DNA of 64,000 nt, from NCBI GenBank assembly GCA_965203175.1, contig OZ241867.1, positions 3,744,001 through 3,808,000 on the forward strand, read 5' to 3'. This document shows positions 49,581 to 58,865 of the stretch, in pieces (position 1 is the first letter of the stretch; every line of letters begins with the position of its first letter). The DNA is from Candidatus Latescibacterota bacterium. GTDB lineage: Bacteria; Latescibacterota; UBA2968; UBA8231. Under the pieces are notes generated by a model. The model was given only the letters and a program-made list of their open reading frames with translations. It ran no database searches and had not been told where the DNA came from. Made by a program: the position numbers and the translations under genes.

Positions 49581-49732
49581 TGGGTTTGATCTTCGCAAAG
49601 TTGAATCAGGTTGGATAACATGGCGACCTGTTAGCAGCGGAAAGGAGGAAAAAAACAGTCGTCATTTCAGCCCCGATTGGGGTAGCAAAAAACACAATGA
49701 CCTCACTAACTAACGGAAAAAGAGGTGTTGCA

Positions 49733-50605
49733 ATGAAGAGGATCAATAAGATAGCAATTGCTTTACTGGTCTCGGCCCTCATGGTCGGCTCGGCTTTTGG
49801 CCACCAAGGGGAGATGAAGTTCATGTTCCAGTTCCCAGATCACCTGACGCCAGTGCTGGACGGCGATATGTCGGACTGGGACATTGTCTCCGATGTATAC
49901 AAGATCAAAGCCGAAACCATGTTCAACCAGTTCGGCGCGCCCATGGATTTGAGCGATTTCAATGCCTCGCTCATTTGGGGCTACAACATCAACGACGGCA
50001 AGGCCTATTTTTCAGCTTGGGTCGCCGACGACTACATCAACAACACCGAGAAGTGGTCGACGACTACAGATTGGGACCACTCCGGCGGCATCTTCCGCGG
50101 CTTCGATCAGGGAGATGATTTCGAGACCCGCTGGGCCAGTGCCCAAGCCCAACGCTACGATTTGGCCGGCCCAATTTTCAGCTCTTCCGGTTACTATACC
50201 CGGATTATTGATGGCTCCAAAGCTTGGGCGGGCCAGTCCCCTTACGTGGAGTGGGCCGGCCAGTTTCTCCGCGGTGACGTCGATACCCAAGAGCCAGCCG
50301 AAATGTTCGGCGAATACTCCATTGTACCCTTTGACGACATCCACCCCGACGGTGCCGACCAGAGCGTTCAACACAGTTGGGTGGAAGGCACAGTTGTTGG
50401 CATAGAGGTCAACTGGGGCGACAAGGATGCCGATCCCGGCTCCTATGACGATGCCTATTGGTCCGGTTTCGGCGGCATAGGTGCCTCTAGGGATGCCGAC
50501 CAGTTCGGCGACTATCTGCTGGCACCCATCGAAGAGGGGTTGCCCGAGGCTAGGGCTACCGGAGTCGAGGCCAGCACTTGGGGCCAGATCAAGTCCACCT
50601 TCTAA
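49733..50605 (+). CDS. Secreted CBM9/DOMON-like protein with C-terminal TGVEASTWGQIKSTF motif
   Basis: Signal peptide ending AFG-H; PVLDGDMSDW, VADDY and GIEVNWGDKD resemble CBM9-like folds. Confidence 0.55.
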   Translation: MKRINKIAIALLVSALMVGSAFGHQGEMKFMFQFPDHLTPVLDGDMSDWDIVSDVYKIKAETMFNQFGAPMDLSDFNASLIWGYNINDGKAYFSAWVADDYINNTEKWSTTTDWDHSGGIFRGFDQGDDFETRWASAQAQRYDLAGPIFSSSGYYTRIIDGSKAWAGQSPYVEWAGQFLRGDVDTQEPAEMFGEYSIVPFDDIHPDGADQSVQHSWVEGTVVGIEVNWGDKDADPGSYDDAYWSGFGGIGASRDADQFGDYLLAPIEEGLPEARATGVEASTWGQIKSTF

Positions 50606-50653
50606 TAAGGCTGACTTGACTGCCTGTACCATAGACGTTGCAGGATTGTTTCA

Positions 50654-50685
50654 GGCGGGATTTACGGGCGACTGTAAATCCCGCC
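50654..50685 (+). terminator. Intra-operon stem-loop (partial terminator or mRNA stabiliser)
   Basis: Perfect 12-bp stem ggcgggatttac-gggcgact-gtaaatcccgcc with a weak T-tract. Confidence 0.65.
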
Positions 50686-50695
50686 GTTCTCTTAG

Positions 50696-52573
50696 TTGGC
50701 GACCAAGCAAAGGAGGCACTGGGTGAGACAAGTGCTGATTATAGTCCTGATAGTGTTGGGAATGGGAGTGGGCTATCGGGCCGAGGCGCGCCAATTTTAC
50801 CAACTGGGGGGCCACGCTGGAAACCTTTGGAGTGAAAGCGGCACTCTGAGTTCTATCGATGTGGCAAGAGTGCCGGGTGCCATCCGCCCGTTCAGCGCCG
50901 AAAGCGGTGAGAACCTGATTGCCTCGATGGGCGGGCGAAATGGCGACATTACCAGCTTGGTGAGCATTTACACCCTACCGGCCAATTGGCTAGAAGAGCG
51001 CGTGTTTGTAGTGGATGGCGATTCTAGTACGGCTTTTGTGCATCCGCCGCGCATCAATTTCTTCCGCGGTCCTGGGTTCTTCTATACTACGCCGATGTTC
51101 TTCGACTTGGGGGCACCATTCCCCATCGAAAGGGTTCGTTTTGCAACTCGTGCTGATCATCCGGGGCACAAGATCCGCCAGTTTAGGCTTTCTATCAACG
51201 ACGGCAGGGAAGAGAGCAAAAACGAAAAAGGAAATCTCATCTGGACCTTGGTTCACGACGAGAAGGACAACTTGAGCCCGGTAGTCGAATTGGATATCGA
51301 ACCCCAAATAGCACGCCACGTCTATCTCCATCCCTTGGAAGTGGGGGAGACTTGGGAGGTGGCCGAGTTCGAAGTGTACGGTCAGGGGTTTGTTCCGCAG
51401 GCCTCATTTCTGTCCGACCCGATTGATCTGGGACGAGCATCCAGTTTGGGGCGCATTTGGTGGAACGGCCAACTCGATTTAGGAGCGAAAATAGTCATCC
51501 AGAGCCGCAGCGGCAGCGATGACCAGCCCGAGGTTTACTGGCGCAAGACCGGGGTGGGTGGAGAGGAAGTGCCACTCGGGGCCAATGGCCAGCCCATGAG
51601 CCGCAAAAATTATGAAGCCATGCCCAAGAACGTGCGGGGGAGCATTACTCAGGATCTGGAAAACTGGAGCGTATGGCACACCTATGAGTATGCGGACGGA
51701 CTCGCCGGCATCCAGATTCGCTCTCCGAGTCCCCGGCAGTATGTGCAGTTACACATCGCTTTTTTCTCCGCCAGATTGGCGGGGGGCCAGATTGACTCGC
51801 TGTTTTTTGAATTTTCCCAACCGCCTGTAGTCTCCGAGGCGATTGGCGAAATCTACCCTCCTTTTGTAGAGTCGGCCGATCCGGTGCGGTTCACCTATGC
51901 GGTGCGAACCCGACTGGAGGAGGATCAAGCGGGTTTCAATGTTTTCGAGGTAAGCACGTCCGCCCGTCTGGAGGCTATCCACGAGGTGCGCATCGACCGC
52001 GAGGTGGTCGATTTTACCCCGAGTTTCGATCCGGCAGATCCCCACCAGTTTGCCGTCCAATTTGACCGCATCGACCAAGATCAGACGCTGCTAGAGGTAG
52101 ATTTTGACGCCCGAGTCTTCAACTATGGAACGGCCTTCAACGGTGCCGTGTCGGATGCGGACAGCGACGAAGTGCCTCAGAGCGTGATCCCCGGAGATGC
52201 TGTGAGCGAGTTGTTGAGTGACGCCTTGAACGTCCGCACGCCGCTCAAGGGCAGTCTGCTCAGTGCCGTGCAGGTGGTGCCCAACCCGTTTTCACCCAAT
52301 GGAGACGGCGTCAATGACCAAGTGCAGTTCTCCTATACATTACTGCGTCTGACCGATGCCGTGCCCCTTGAGACGGAAATCTACACGCTGGCGGGAAACC
52401 GAGTGCGCACTTTGGGCGCTGGGGAGGGGGGGAGCGCGCTCTATCAAACTGCTTGGGACGGGCGAGATGACCAAGGCGAATTGGTAGCCCCAGGGCTATA
52501 CATTTATCGCGTCGTGGTAGAAGCGGGCAGTGGCCGGGAGGAACGACTGGGGTCTATCGCTTTGGTGTACTGA
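50696..52573 (+). CDS. Secreted protein with C-terminal FlgD-Ig domain (paralogue B)
   Basis: Signal peptide ending AEA; PNPFSPNGDGVND..WDGRDDQGELVAPGLY. Confidence 0.7.
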   Translation: MATKQRRHWVRQVLIIVLIVLGMGVGYRAEARQFYQLGGHAGNLWSESGTLSSIDVARVPGAIRPFSAESGENLIASMGGRNGDITSLVSIYTLPANWLEERVFVVDGDSSTAFVHPPRINFFRGPGFFYTTPMFFDLGAPFPIERVRFATRADHPGHKIRQFRLSINDGREESKNEKGNLIWTLVHDEKDNLSPVVELDIEPQIARHVYLHPLEVGETWEVAEFEVYGQGFVPQASFLSDPIDLGRASSLGRIWWNGQLDLGAKIVIQSRSGSDDQPEVYWRKTGVGGEEVPLGANGQPMSRKNYEAMPKNVRGSITQDLENWSVWHTYEYADGLAGIQIRSPSPRQYVQLHIAFFSARLAGGQIDSLFFEFSQPPVVSEAIGEIYPPFVESADPVRFTYAVRTRLEEDQAGFNVFEVSTSARLEAIHEVRIDREVVDFTPSFDPADPHQFAVQFDRIDQDQTLLEVDFDARVFNYGTAFNGAVSDADSDEVPQSVIPGDAVSELLSDALNVRTPLKGSLLSAVQVVPNPFSPNGDGVNDQVQFSYTLLRLTDAVPLETEIYTLAGNRVRTLGAGEGGSALYQTAWDGRDDQGELVAPGLYIYRVVVEAGSGREERLGSIALVY

Positions 52574-52582
52574 ATAGAAGAT

Positions 52583-54322
52583 ATGAGACACAGAAAACCA
52601 TGGACTTGGCAAGGATGCGGGTTGGTACTCATGTGGAGTCTCGCGGCGTGTTCGCCGAGTGCGGAGGTCGTCCTTGAACCCGGTGTGGTGGCGCGCATTG
52701 ATTCCACGTCTATCTCGGCTGCCGAAATGCGCGATTTCGTCGTCCAGATGCCCCAGTCCTTGCGCCTTCAGGGACAGGGCGATCCAGTGCGGAAGCGCTA
52801 CCTGCGCAGTCTGCTGGGCAAGTACCTGATCGTACTGGAGGCCAAAGAGCGGGGATTGGACACCGCTCAGGTGGTCCAGACTAAGGCGATGCAGTACTGG
52901 CGTCAGCACTTGGTCGATACCTATCGCCAGATCGCATTGGTGCCCAACGTGCAGGTTTCTGAGGAGGAGGTACGAGACTATTTCGCCCGCAGTGGCCTAG
53001 GCCGCAAGCGCCAGATGGCGGGCATTCTGGTGGAAGAGGACAGCACCGCAAAGCAAATCTATGAGCAACTCAAAGCGGGTGGGGATTTTGCCCAACTGGC
53101 CGCCGAATATACCATAGACGAACGGTCGGCTACCCAAGGGGGCGTGTTGGGATTTATCGATCTGGAGCAGGCCCGCAGGTTGCAGATTCCAGACGAGCTG
53201 TTTCGCAGTCTGCCGAGTGGACAGCTATCCCCGATTCTGCCCATGGGCACGCGCTACCAAATTGTGCGTTTCCTCCAGGATCAGCCCGTTCCGCTAGAGG
53301 AGAAACGACAGCAGATTCGTGCTATGCTCTACGAACGCAAGCGACTAGAGCAGGAAAGGGCGGAAATCGCGTCCCTTACCCGCAAACTGGACGTGCAGCT
53401 AGTGCCAGAGGGATTGGAGCTTCTATTGAATAAAGCGGCGCTCCACACCCGGGTACGCCTCACTCATCTGACCACCGAGGAGGCAGATCAGCCCCTCTTT
53501 ACCTATGAGGCGGGTCAGATCTCTCTGGGGGATTACCTCAATGCCCTGTGGGGGGATATGCGGGCCCTGTCCGGCTGGGGGGTACGGGACAGTGCCGAGG
53601 TGGTTGATACAGCGAAGGAACTGGTCTTGACTCCGGTTTTATTGGCAGAGGCGGCGCAGCGGGCCGGGTTAGAGGAGATGGCGGATGGACAACAGCGATG
53701 GCGGGAAATACGCACAGAATTCATGATTAAACAGTTACGCCAGGAAGAAGTCATTGACCAATCCGAGGCAAGCTTGGAAGAAGCTAGGGATTTTTACGAG
53801 GACAATGAGGATTTGTTCAGGGAACCGGCCCAATACATTGTAGTTGAGGTGCTGGTCGAGACCGAGGCGGAAGCCGTTGGTTTGCTGCGCGCCATCGAAC
53901 AAGGTGCGACTCTGGGAATGCTTGCCCAAAAGCACACCATCCGCCAAGGTATGCAGGAAGAAGATGGCTTGATGCATTTGGGCGAGTACGAGCGGCTGAC
54001 TCTGCCGCGGCTCTTCAAGGCAGTAAAAGCGACCGACCTCAACAAAATCACCGGCCCGGAGCACGTTGAAGGCGGATACAGCATTTTCAAGGTTCTCAAT
54101 CGCCAGGGAGGGGAAGTATCTCCCTTTTTTCAAGTCGAAAAAAAGGCGCGGGCTTTGGTGCGCGGAGAGAAGCGAGAGCAACTGTTCGAGGAATTGATAG
54201 ATGACTTGCTGGACAAGTACAAAGAGCGGATCGCCGTATCTGACAGCGCGTTGGCGGCGGCCCTACCCGATACGTTCCTGCAGCCCCATGCACGGGAAGC
54301 CCCAACCAAGGGCGATAGTTAG
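52583..54322 (+). CDS. PpiC/parvulin-type peptidyl-prolyl isomerase lipoprotein (SurA/PrsA-like, duplicated architecture)
   Basis: Lipobox LAAC; GGDFAQLAAEYT.D..SATQGGVLG and a second GATLGMLAQKHT..G rotamase-like domain. Confidence 0.8.
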   Translation: MRHRKPWTWQGCGLVLMWSLAACSPSAEVVLEPGVVARIDSTSISAAEMRDFVVQMPQSLRLQGQGDPVRKRYLRSLLGKYLIVLEAKERGLDTAQVVQTKAMQYWRQHLVDTYRQIALVPNVQVSEEEVRDYFARSGLGRKRQMAGILVEEDSTAKQIYEQLKAGGDFAQLAAEYTIDERSATQGGVLGFIDLEQARRLQIPDELFRSLPSGQLSPILPMGTRYQIVRFLQDQPVPLEEKRQQIRAMLYERKRLEQERAEIASLTRKLDVQLVPEGLELLLNKAALHTRVRLTHLTTEEADQPLFTYEAGQISLGDYLNALWGDMRALSGWGVRDSAEVVDTAKELVLTPVLLAEAAQRAGLEEMADGQQRWREIRTEFMIKQLRQEEVIDQSEASLEEARDFYEDNEDLFREPAQYIVVEVLVETEAEAVGLLRAIEQGATLGMLAQKHTIRQGMQEEDGLMHLGEYERLTLPRLFKAVKATDLNKITGPEHVEGGYSIFKVLNRQGGEVSPFFQVEKKARALVRGEKREQLFEELIDDLLDKYKERIAVSDSALAAALPDTFLQPHAREAPTKGDS

Positions 54323-54358
54323 GTAGATACGTAGGTACGTCTTTTAGGACAATAGGTT

Positions 54359-57043
54359 ATGGGACACCGTTTACTTGCACAGTACTCGATGATTTTGGAG
54401 ACAGCCGCGAGGAGATCGACGCTCTGTTTTGTAGCCCTTTTTCTCCCGATGGCTATAAACGGGGCATGGGCCCAGTCGAAGGGTTACAGTTTGGGGGCGG
54501 ATCGGGTGGAGGTGCGGACCCAGGCGCATTGGCAGGCTTGGGAGTTTCCGAGCGATATGGTGACCATAACGCCGTCTGGCTCGGTGCAGTCCAGATTCAT
54601 ACAAGTCCCGCACAACGCCATATTGAATGTGGCCGACTTCAGCTATCCCATTGATGGCAACTTGCAAGATCAGTACGCCAATTCGTTCAAGGATGAAGAC
54701 AACAATCTGATGGCGCGCGGCGGCATCAAAAGGGCTGGTTCAAATCCGCAGCTAGCGGAGCGGGCCATTGACGCAGATCCGACTACAGCTTGGGAACCGG
54801 ACTCGGTCGATCCCCTGCGGGACTGGGTGTTGGAGATTGATCTTGGCCGTCTAGTGTCGGCTACCAAGGTCGTTGTGCGCTTTGCCGAAGAAGGGGATCC
54901 GTTTCTGCAATTCAGGGTGCATTCGGCAGGGGGACAAAACCCCTTTGGCACGGCTGACCGCAGCGGTGCCTTGGACTACACTATAGTGGGCAGTACTACC
55001 CAACCCAATCGCGACCAGCGAGTCTTTGAGTTCGACCTCGCACCACTGGGCACCCATACAGAAGAGTGGACCGGTCGCATTATGCAGTACCTGCGCGTCG
55101 CGGCCACGGCCACCAATGGCGAACGGGCGCAACAGCTCTCTGCCGAGGAGTATCAGGCGTTGGCAGCAGAGAATCAAGGCGCGGTGGAATACGTCTGGAA
55201 AATCGCTGACGAAGAGCGTCTAGTAACGGCCGAGCGCTACGATCAGTTGCCACTTGAGCAGCAGGGTGGGGTGCGCTATTACCGCCGCGAACGGCCCCAA
55301 CTCGCCGAGGTGGAGGTGTGGACTATAGGCGAGAACATTGCCTTGGGAATCGTAGAGCGCGGCGGTAATTTACACGATGTCAATCCCAATTCTTCGCCTG
55401 AACTTGCCGTTGACGGCAACGTGCGCACCGAGTGGCAGGGCATGGTTTACTTTCCCACCGGAGAGACCGCTGAGTGGGGCCTGTTGAACGTGAATCTGGG
55501 CTCTCACTTTTTGGTCCATGCCGTGCGCATCATTACCCGCGTCGGAGGCAGAAACCTGATTGGCTATATATTGCGCGGTTCGGACGGCTCGCTGGCACCC
55601 GATGGCAGTTTGATCTGGGAGGAATTGAGTGGTGAGACGCGGCAGTTAAACCAGAATACGCGGCTGTTCGAGGATCACTTCGAGCCGCGCCCAATACGCT
55701 TTCTGGAATTTCGCAACCTAGATATTGCCCGCCGCACTAGGGCCCATGAAGGGCACCGGATACTGAGCACGGTAACCGAAATCCAAGTTTTTGCCAACGG
55801 ACACCTACCGATCCTCGAGATGACTTCCGACCTCATTGATCTGGGAAGTTCCAAGACGCTGACGACCATCGACTGGGAAGCCGACATCCCCTCGGGCACG
55901 GCGGTGGAAGTTCGCACTCGCACGGGAAACGATCTGCGCGAAGTAAACCGCTATTTCAAAAAAGATGGCACGGAAGTAGCCAACAAAGAAGAATACGAGA
56001 AGCAACCGTCTTTCTATCAGGGGGATATCCTTACCGAGTTCCTGCCGGGACCGGGCTGGAGCAACTGGAGTCAAGTCTACGTCAAACCGGGCGAAGTCAT
56101 ACGTTCCCCCAATCCCCGGCGCTATATGATGATCCAGGCGAGACTGCTCAGTGCAGACGCGGCCGAGGCCGCTAGCTTAGAGTCGATCCAAGTCCATTTC
56201 ACAGCGCCGCTAGTGGATCGCATCGCTGGGGAGATAGAGCCCAAGCGAGATGTCCCCAGTGGCGAGCTCACGGATTTCGACCTCTTTATCCGTCCCTCCT
56301 TTGCTGCTCGAGACCCGGGATTCGACCGCATCCGTCTCGTCGCGCCTTCGCGAGCGAATATTGAACTGCGCCAAGTGAGTTTAGGAGACGAAAGCGATTT
56401 TGCCGCCGGAAGTGAGGAAATATTTGCCGAGGTGGAAAAAGGCCGTTTTGAAAATGGAGTGGGGGAGGAACTGGAATTGACTAAGGTGGCAAGTGATACG
56501 CTGCACCTCGGCTTGCCAAGAATACTACGGCGAGGCAGTGCGGATATTGTGCGGATCTCTTTTTCGTCGCGTGTTTTCCTGAGCGGTGCCACTTTTGCAG
56601 CCGAAGTTGGGCGCTCGACGCAAGCAGATAACTGGCAGCGGGTGGACCCAGCGGACCCGGTAGGAGATGAATTAGCCGCTGGTGAGGGGTTGACAGTATT
56701 GACGACTGCCCGCCGCGGGCAGATCGGGACAATCGAGGTAGATCCCGCCACTTTTACCCCCAATGGCGACGGCATCAACGACACGGCTGTCTTTTCGTTT
56801 GCCGTACTCAAAGTCAATGTAGCTAGGCAAGTAGCGGTGTATTTATACGACCTAGCAGGCAGGGAAGTGAGGCACCTTTCTGAGAGGCGCAATATGGCGA
56901 ATGGGCTGTATAGCCTTGCCTGGGACGGACGGGACGAAGGGGGAACGTTAGTGTCTCCGGGCCTTTACCTCGCCCGCATTGAGGTAGATGACGACGCAGG
57001 GGATGACAACTCGGCTGTTCGCCTAGTTGGGGTGGCGTATTGA
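54359..57043 (+). CDS. Secreted protein with two discoidin-like regions and C-terminal FlgD-Ig domain (paralogue C)
   Basis: AIDADPTTAW..LEIDLG and AVDGNVRTEW..VNLG; FTPNGDGIND..WDGRDEGGTLVSPGLY. Confidence 0.7.
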   Translation: MGHRLLAQYSMILETAARRSTLCFVALFLPMAINGAWAQSKGYSLGADRVEVRTQAHWQAWEFPSDMVTITPSGSVQSRFIQVPHNAILNVADFSYPIDGNLQDQYANSFKDEDNNLMARGGIKRAGSNPQLAERAIDADPTTAWEPDSVDPLRDWVLEIDLGRLVSATKVVVRFAEEGDPFLQFRVHSAGGQNPFGTADRSGALDYTIVGSTTQPNRDQRVFEFDLAPLGTHTEEWTGRIMQYLRVAATATNGERAQQLSAEEYQALAAENQGAVEYVWKIADEERLVTAERYDQLPLEQQGGVRYYRRERPQLAEVEVWTIGENIALGIVERGGNLHDVNPNSSPELAVDGNVRTEWQGMVYFPTGETAEWGLLNVNLGSHFLVHAVRIITRVGGRNLIGYILRGSDGSLAPDGSLIWEELSGETRQLNQNTRLFEDHFEPRPIRFLEFRNLDIARRTRAHEGHRILSTVTEIQVFANGHLPILEMTSDLIDLGSSKTLTTIDWEADIPSGTAVEVRTRTGNDLREVNRYFKKDGTEVANKEEYEKQPSFYQGDILTEFLPGPGWSNWSQVYVKPGEVIRSPNPRRYMMIQARLLSADAAEAASLESIQVHFTAPLVDRIAGEIEPKRDVPSGELTDFDLFIRPSFAARDPGFDRIRLVAPSRANIELRQVSLGDESDFAAGSEEIFAEVEKGRFENGVGEELELTKVASDTLHLGLPRILRRGSADIVRISFSSRVFLSGATFAAEVGRSTQADNWQRVDPADPVGDELAAGEGLTVLTTARRGQIGTIEVDPATFTPNGDGINDTAVFSFAVLKVNVARQVAVYLYDLAGREVRHLSERRNMANGLYSLAWDGRDEGGTLVSPGLYLARIEVDDDAGDDNSAVRLVGVAY

Positions 57044-57126
57044 CTTTTGCCATCTGCCACCGGCCGTACAACGGCTAGCGGAAACTTTAAGGCGGACTAA
57101 GCCAATTCCTCGTCCCCACTGCTTCG

Positions 57127-58853
57127 CTACTCGTACAGCTCCACTGCGGTTTCACCTCGGGCAAAGCGCTGCGCCGTTTGCACTGCCGACTGACTACCCG
57201 TATTGCGTCGCACATCCGTAGCCCACCGGGCCAGCCCCACCAGCAACTGCCCCTGCGCAGGATGGTCGGCGCAACGGCTCCACTCTTCGCTGACCGTGCG
57301 CAAGCCGTGCAGCAAATGCCAGCCATTGTCGTCCTTGAGGATGGTTTGGCCCAATTCGCGCAGCAGACAGTCTCCGTCAAAGCCTCGGTGTAAGTACTCG
57401 CGCACCAAGCGGCCTACCTCACGGATCTGGATGGTCTCAATCGCCTCGATCACCTCGGCTAGGGCCTCGTCTTGGCCAGCGGACGCCTCTTCCGGGGCCG
57501 GATGTGCTCTCAGGGGCCGGGGAGCGATGTTGAGCCAGCGGTTTTCGAAGAATTGCCAAGCCGCGTGGTACAGGGCTCGGGCCGCTACTTGGTCGCCGGC
57601 GAAGCGCCGGGCCGTGCGCACGGACGCGGCTAGGAGCATTTCGTGGTTCAAATCGAACCAGCCGGGACTCATATTCACTGGCGTCCGGGCCATGCGGTCG
57701 GCTGCCAGCAACACCATGGTGGAGACCACCTGCTCGATATCGGCTCCCGCTTCCAGCACCCGGGTCACTGCGCCAAAGGTCTCTTCTATGTCGCCGCTGA
57801 CCAAGCCGGCGGCCAACAGATCCGAGTCGAAATCCCCCGAACCGGACGCGTATTGGGCGATCACCGGCTCCACCTCGGCAAGCAAATCTATGGCTTCCCG
57901 ACGGGCCTCTTGCGGGGCCGGCGATTGCGGCCCAGCATTTTGGCGGCCAGATTGCACACCAAGAGTTGGGAGCGGTCCCAGCCGAATTCCTCCAGCAACT
58001 CGGCTAGATAGCCCAAGTGGATCAGCGTTTCGGTCATGCCCAGCAGATAAGGCTCGACTGCGCACTCGTACAACAGCGGCACAATGCGGTCGTCGCAGTC
58101 GTCCAAATGCCGAGCGGTCACTAGGCATTTCTCAATGCCTTCCCAAGTCTTGTCGGCGCTGAAGACGCGGATCCAGCGAGCTAGTTTGTCCCAGTTTACT
58201 GGCTGCGGCAGTGGGTGGATTTGGGGGCGATCTCCGGACCGTCCAGCAGCCCCAGAGGCCGCCATCATGAGTGGGATGAGGCGGTCGGCTGGTTCGTACA
58301 GGCGGGCCACCTTCACGCCGTTGACCAACAGGGCTACATCGCGGCCGCCATCGGGGCCTCGCTCGGTGGCGATAAAGCGGCCCATGTGTTCCATCAGCAG
58401 GTGCAGCGTCTCATCCTCGGAGACCCCTCGGGCCAGCAGAATGGCGATGGCTTTGGACAAGGTCCAGTTGTCGCCGTTGAGCAGTCCTTCCTTCAGGAGG
58501 AGGAAGTGGGCGTCGCCGCGCTTGGAGTTGGCCCCGGCCACATCGATAAATACCTGACCGTCGCGTTCTTCTACCGGATAGGTGTCTAAATCGTCGCAGC
58601 CCCCGGTGAAGCAGCCGCCGCCCCGCATGTCGTAGCTCCAGCCGTGCCAGTCGCAGGTGAGCACGCCATTGCGCACTCGGCCCCGGGTGAGGGGATATCC
58701 CATGTGCGGACATTGGTTGTCTGTGGCGTATAAGGTGCCTTGGTGGCGAAAGAGCGCCACGCTGCGGCCCTCGATCCGCACCGCCTTGGGCCGGCCTTCT
58801 TCTACCTCGTCAGCGCGGGCTACTGGTACAAGAGTAGTCGCTTGTTCGGACAT
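57127..58853 (-). pseudogene. Rieske [2Fe-2S] + long helical domain protein, paralogue 2, split by a frameshift near 57920
   Basis: ORF 58853-57888 (NQCPHMG..LTCDWHG) matches the upstream paralogue up to AKMLGRNR. Homology resumes in the other frame (APQEARREAI..ADRMARTPVN..FARGETAVELYE). Confidence 0.8.
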
Positions 58854-58865
58854 GATTTTTTCTCC

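Noticed and set aside
57203-58162. 319-aa plus-strand ORF and other long antisense ORFs (e.g. 6477-7400, 7743-8546, 11294-12037, 56122-56892)
   Set aside because: Shadow ORFs opposite well-supported genes in GC-rich DNA, with no protein motifs.
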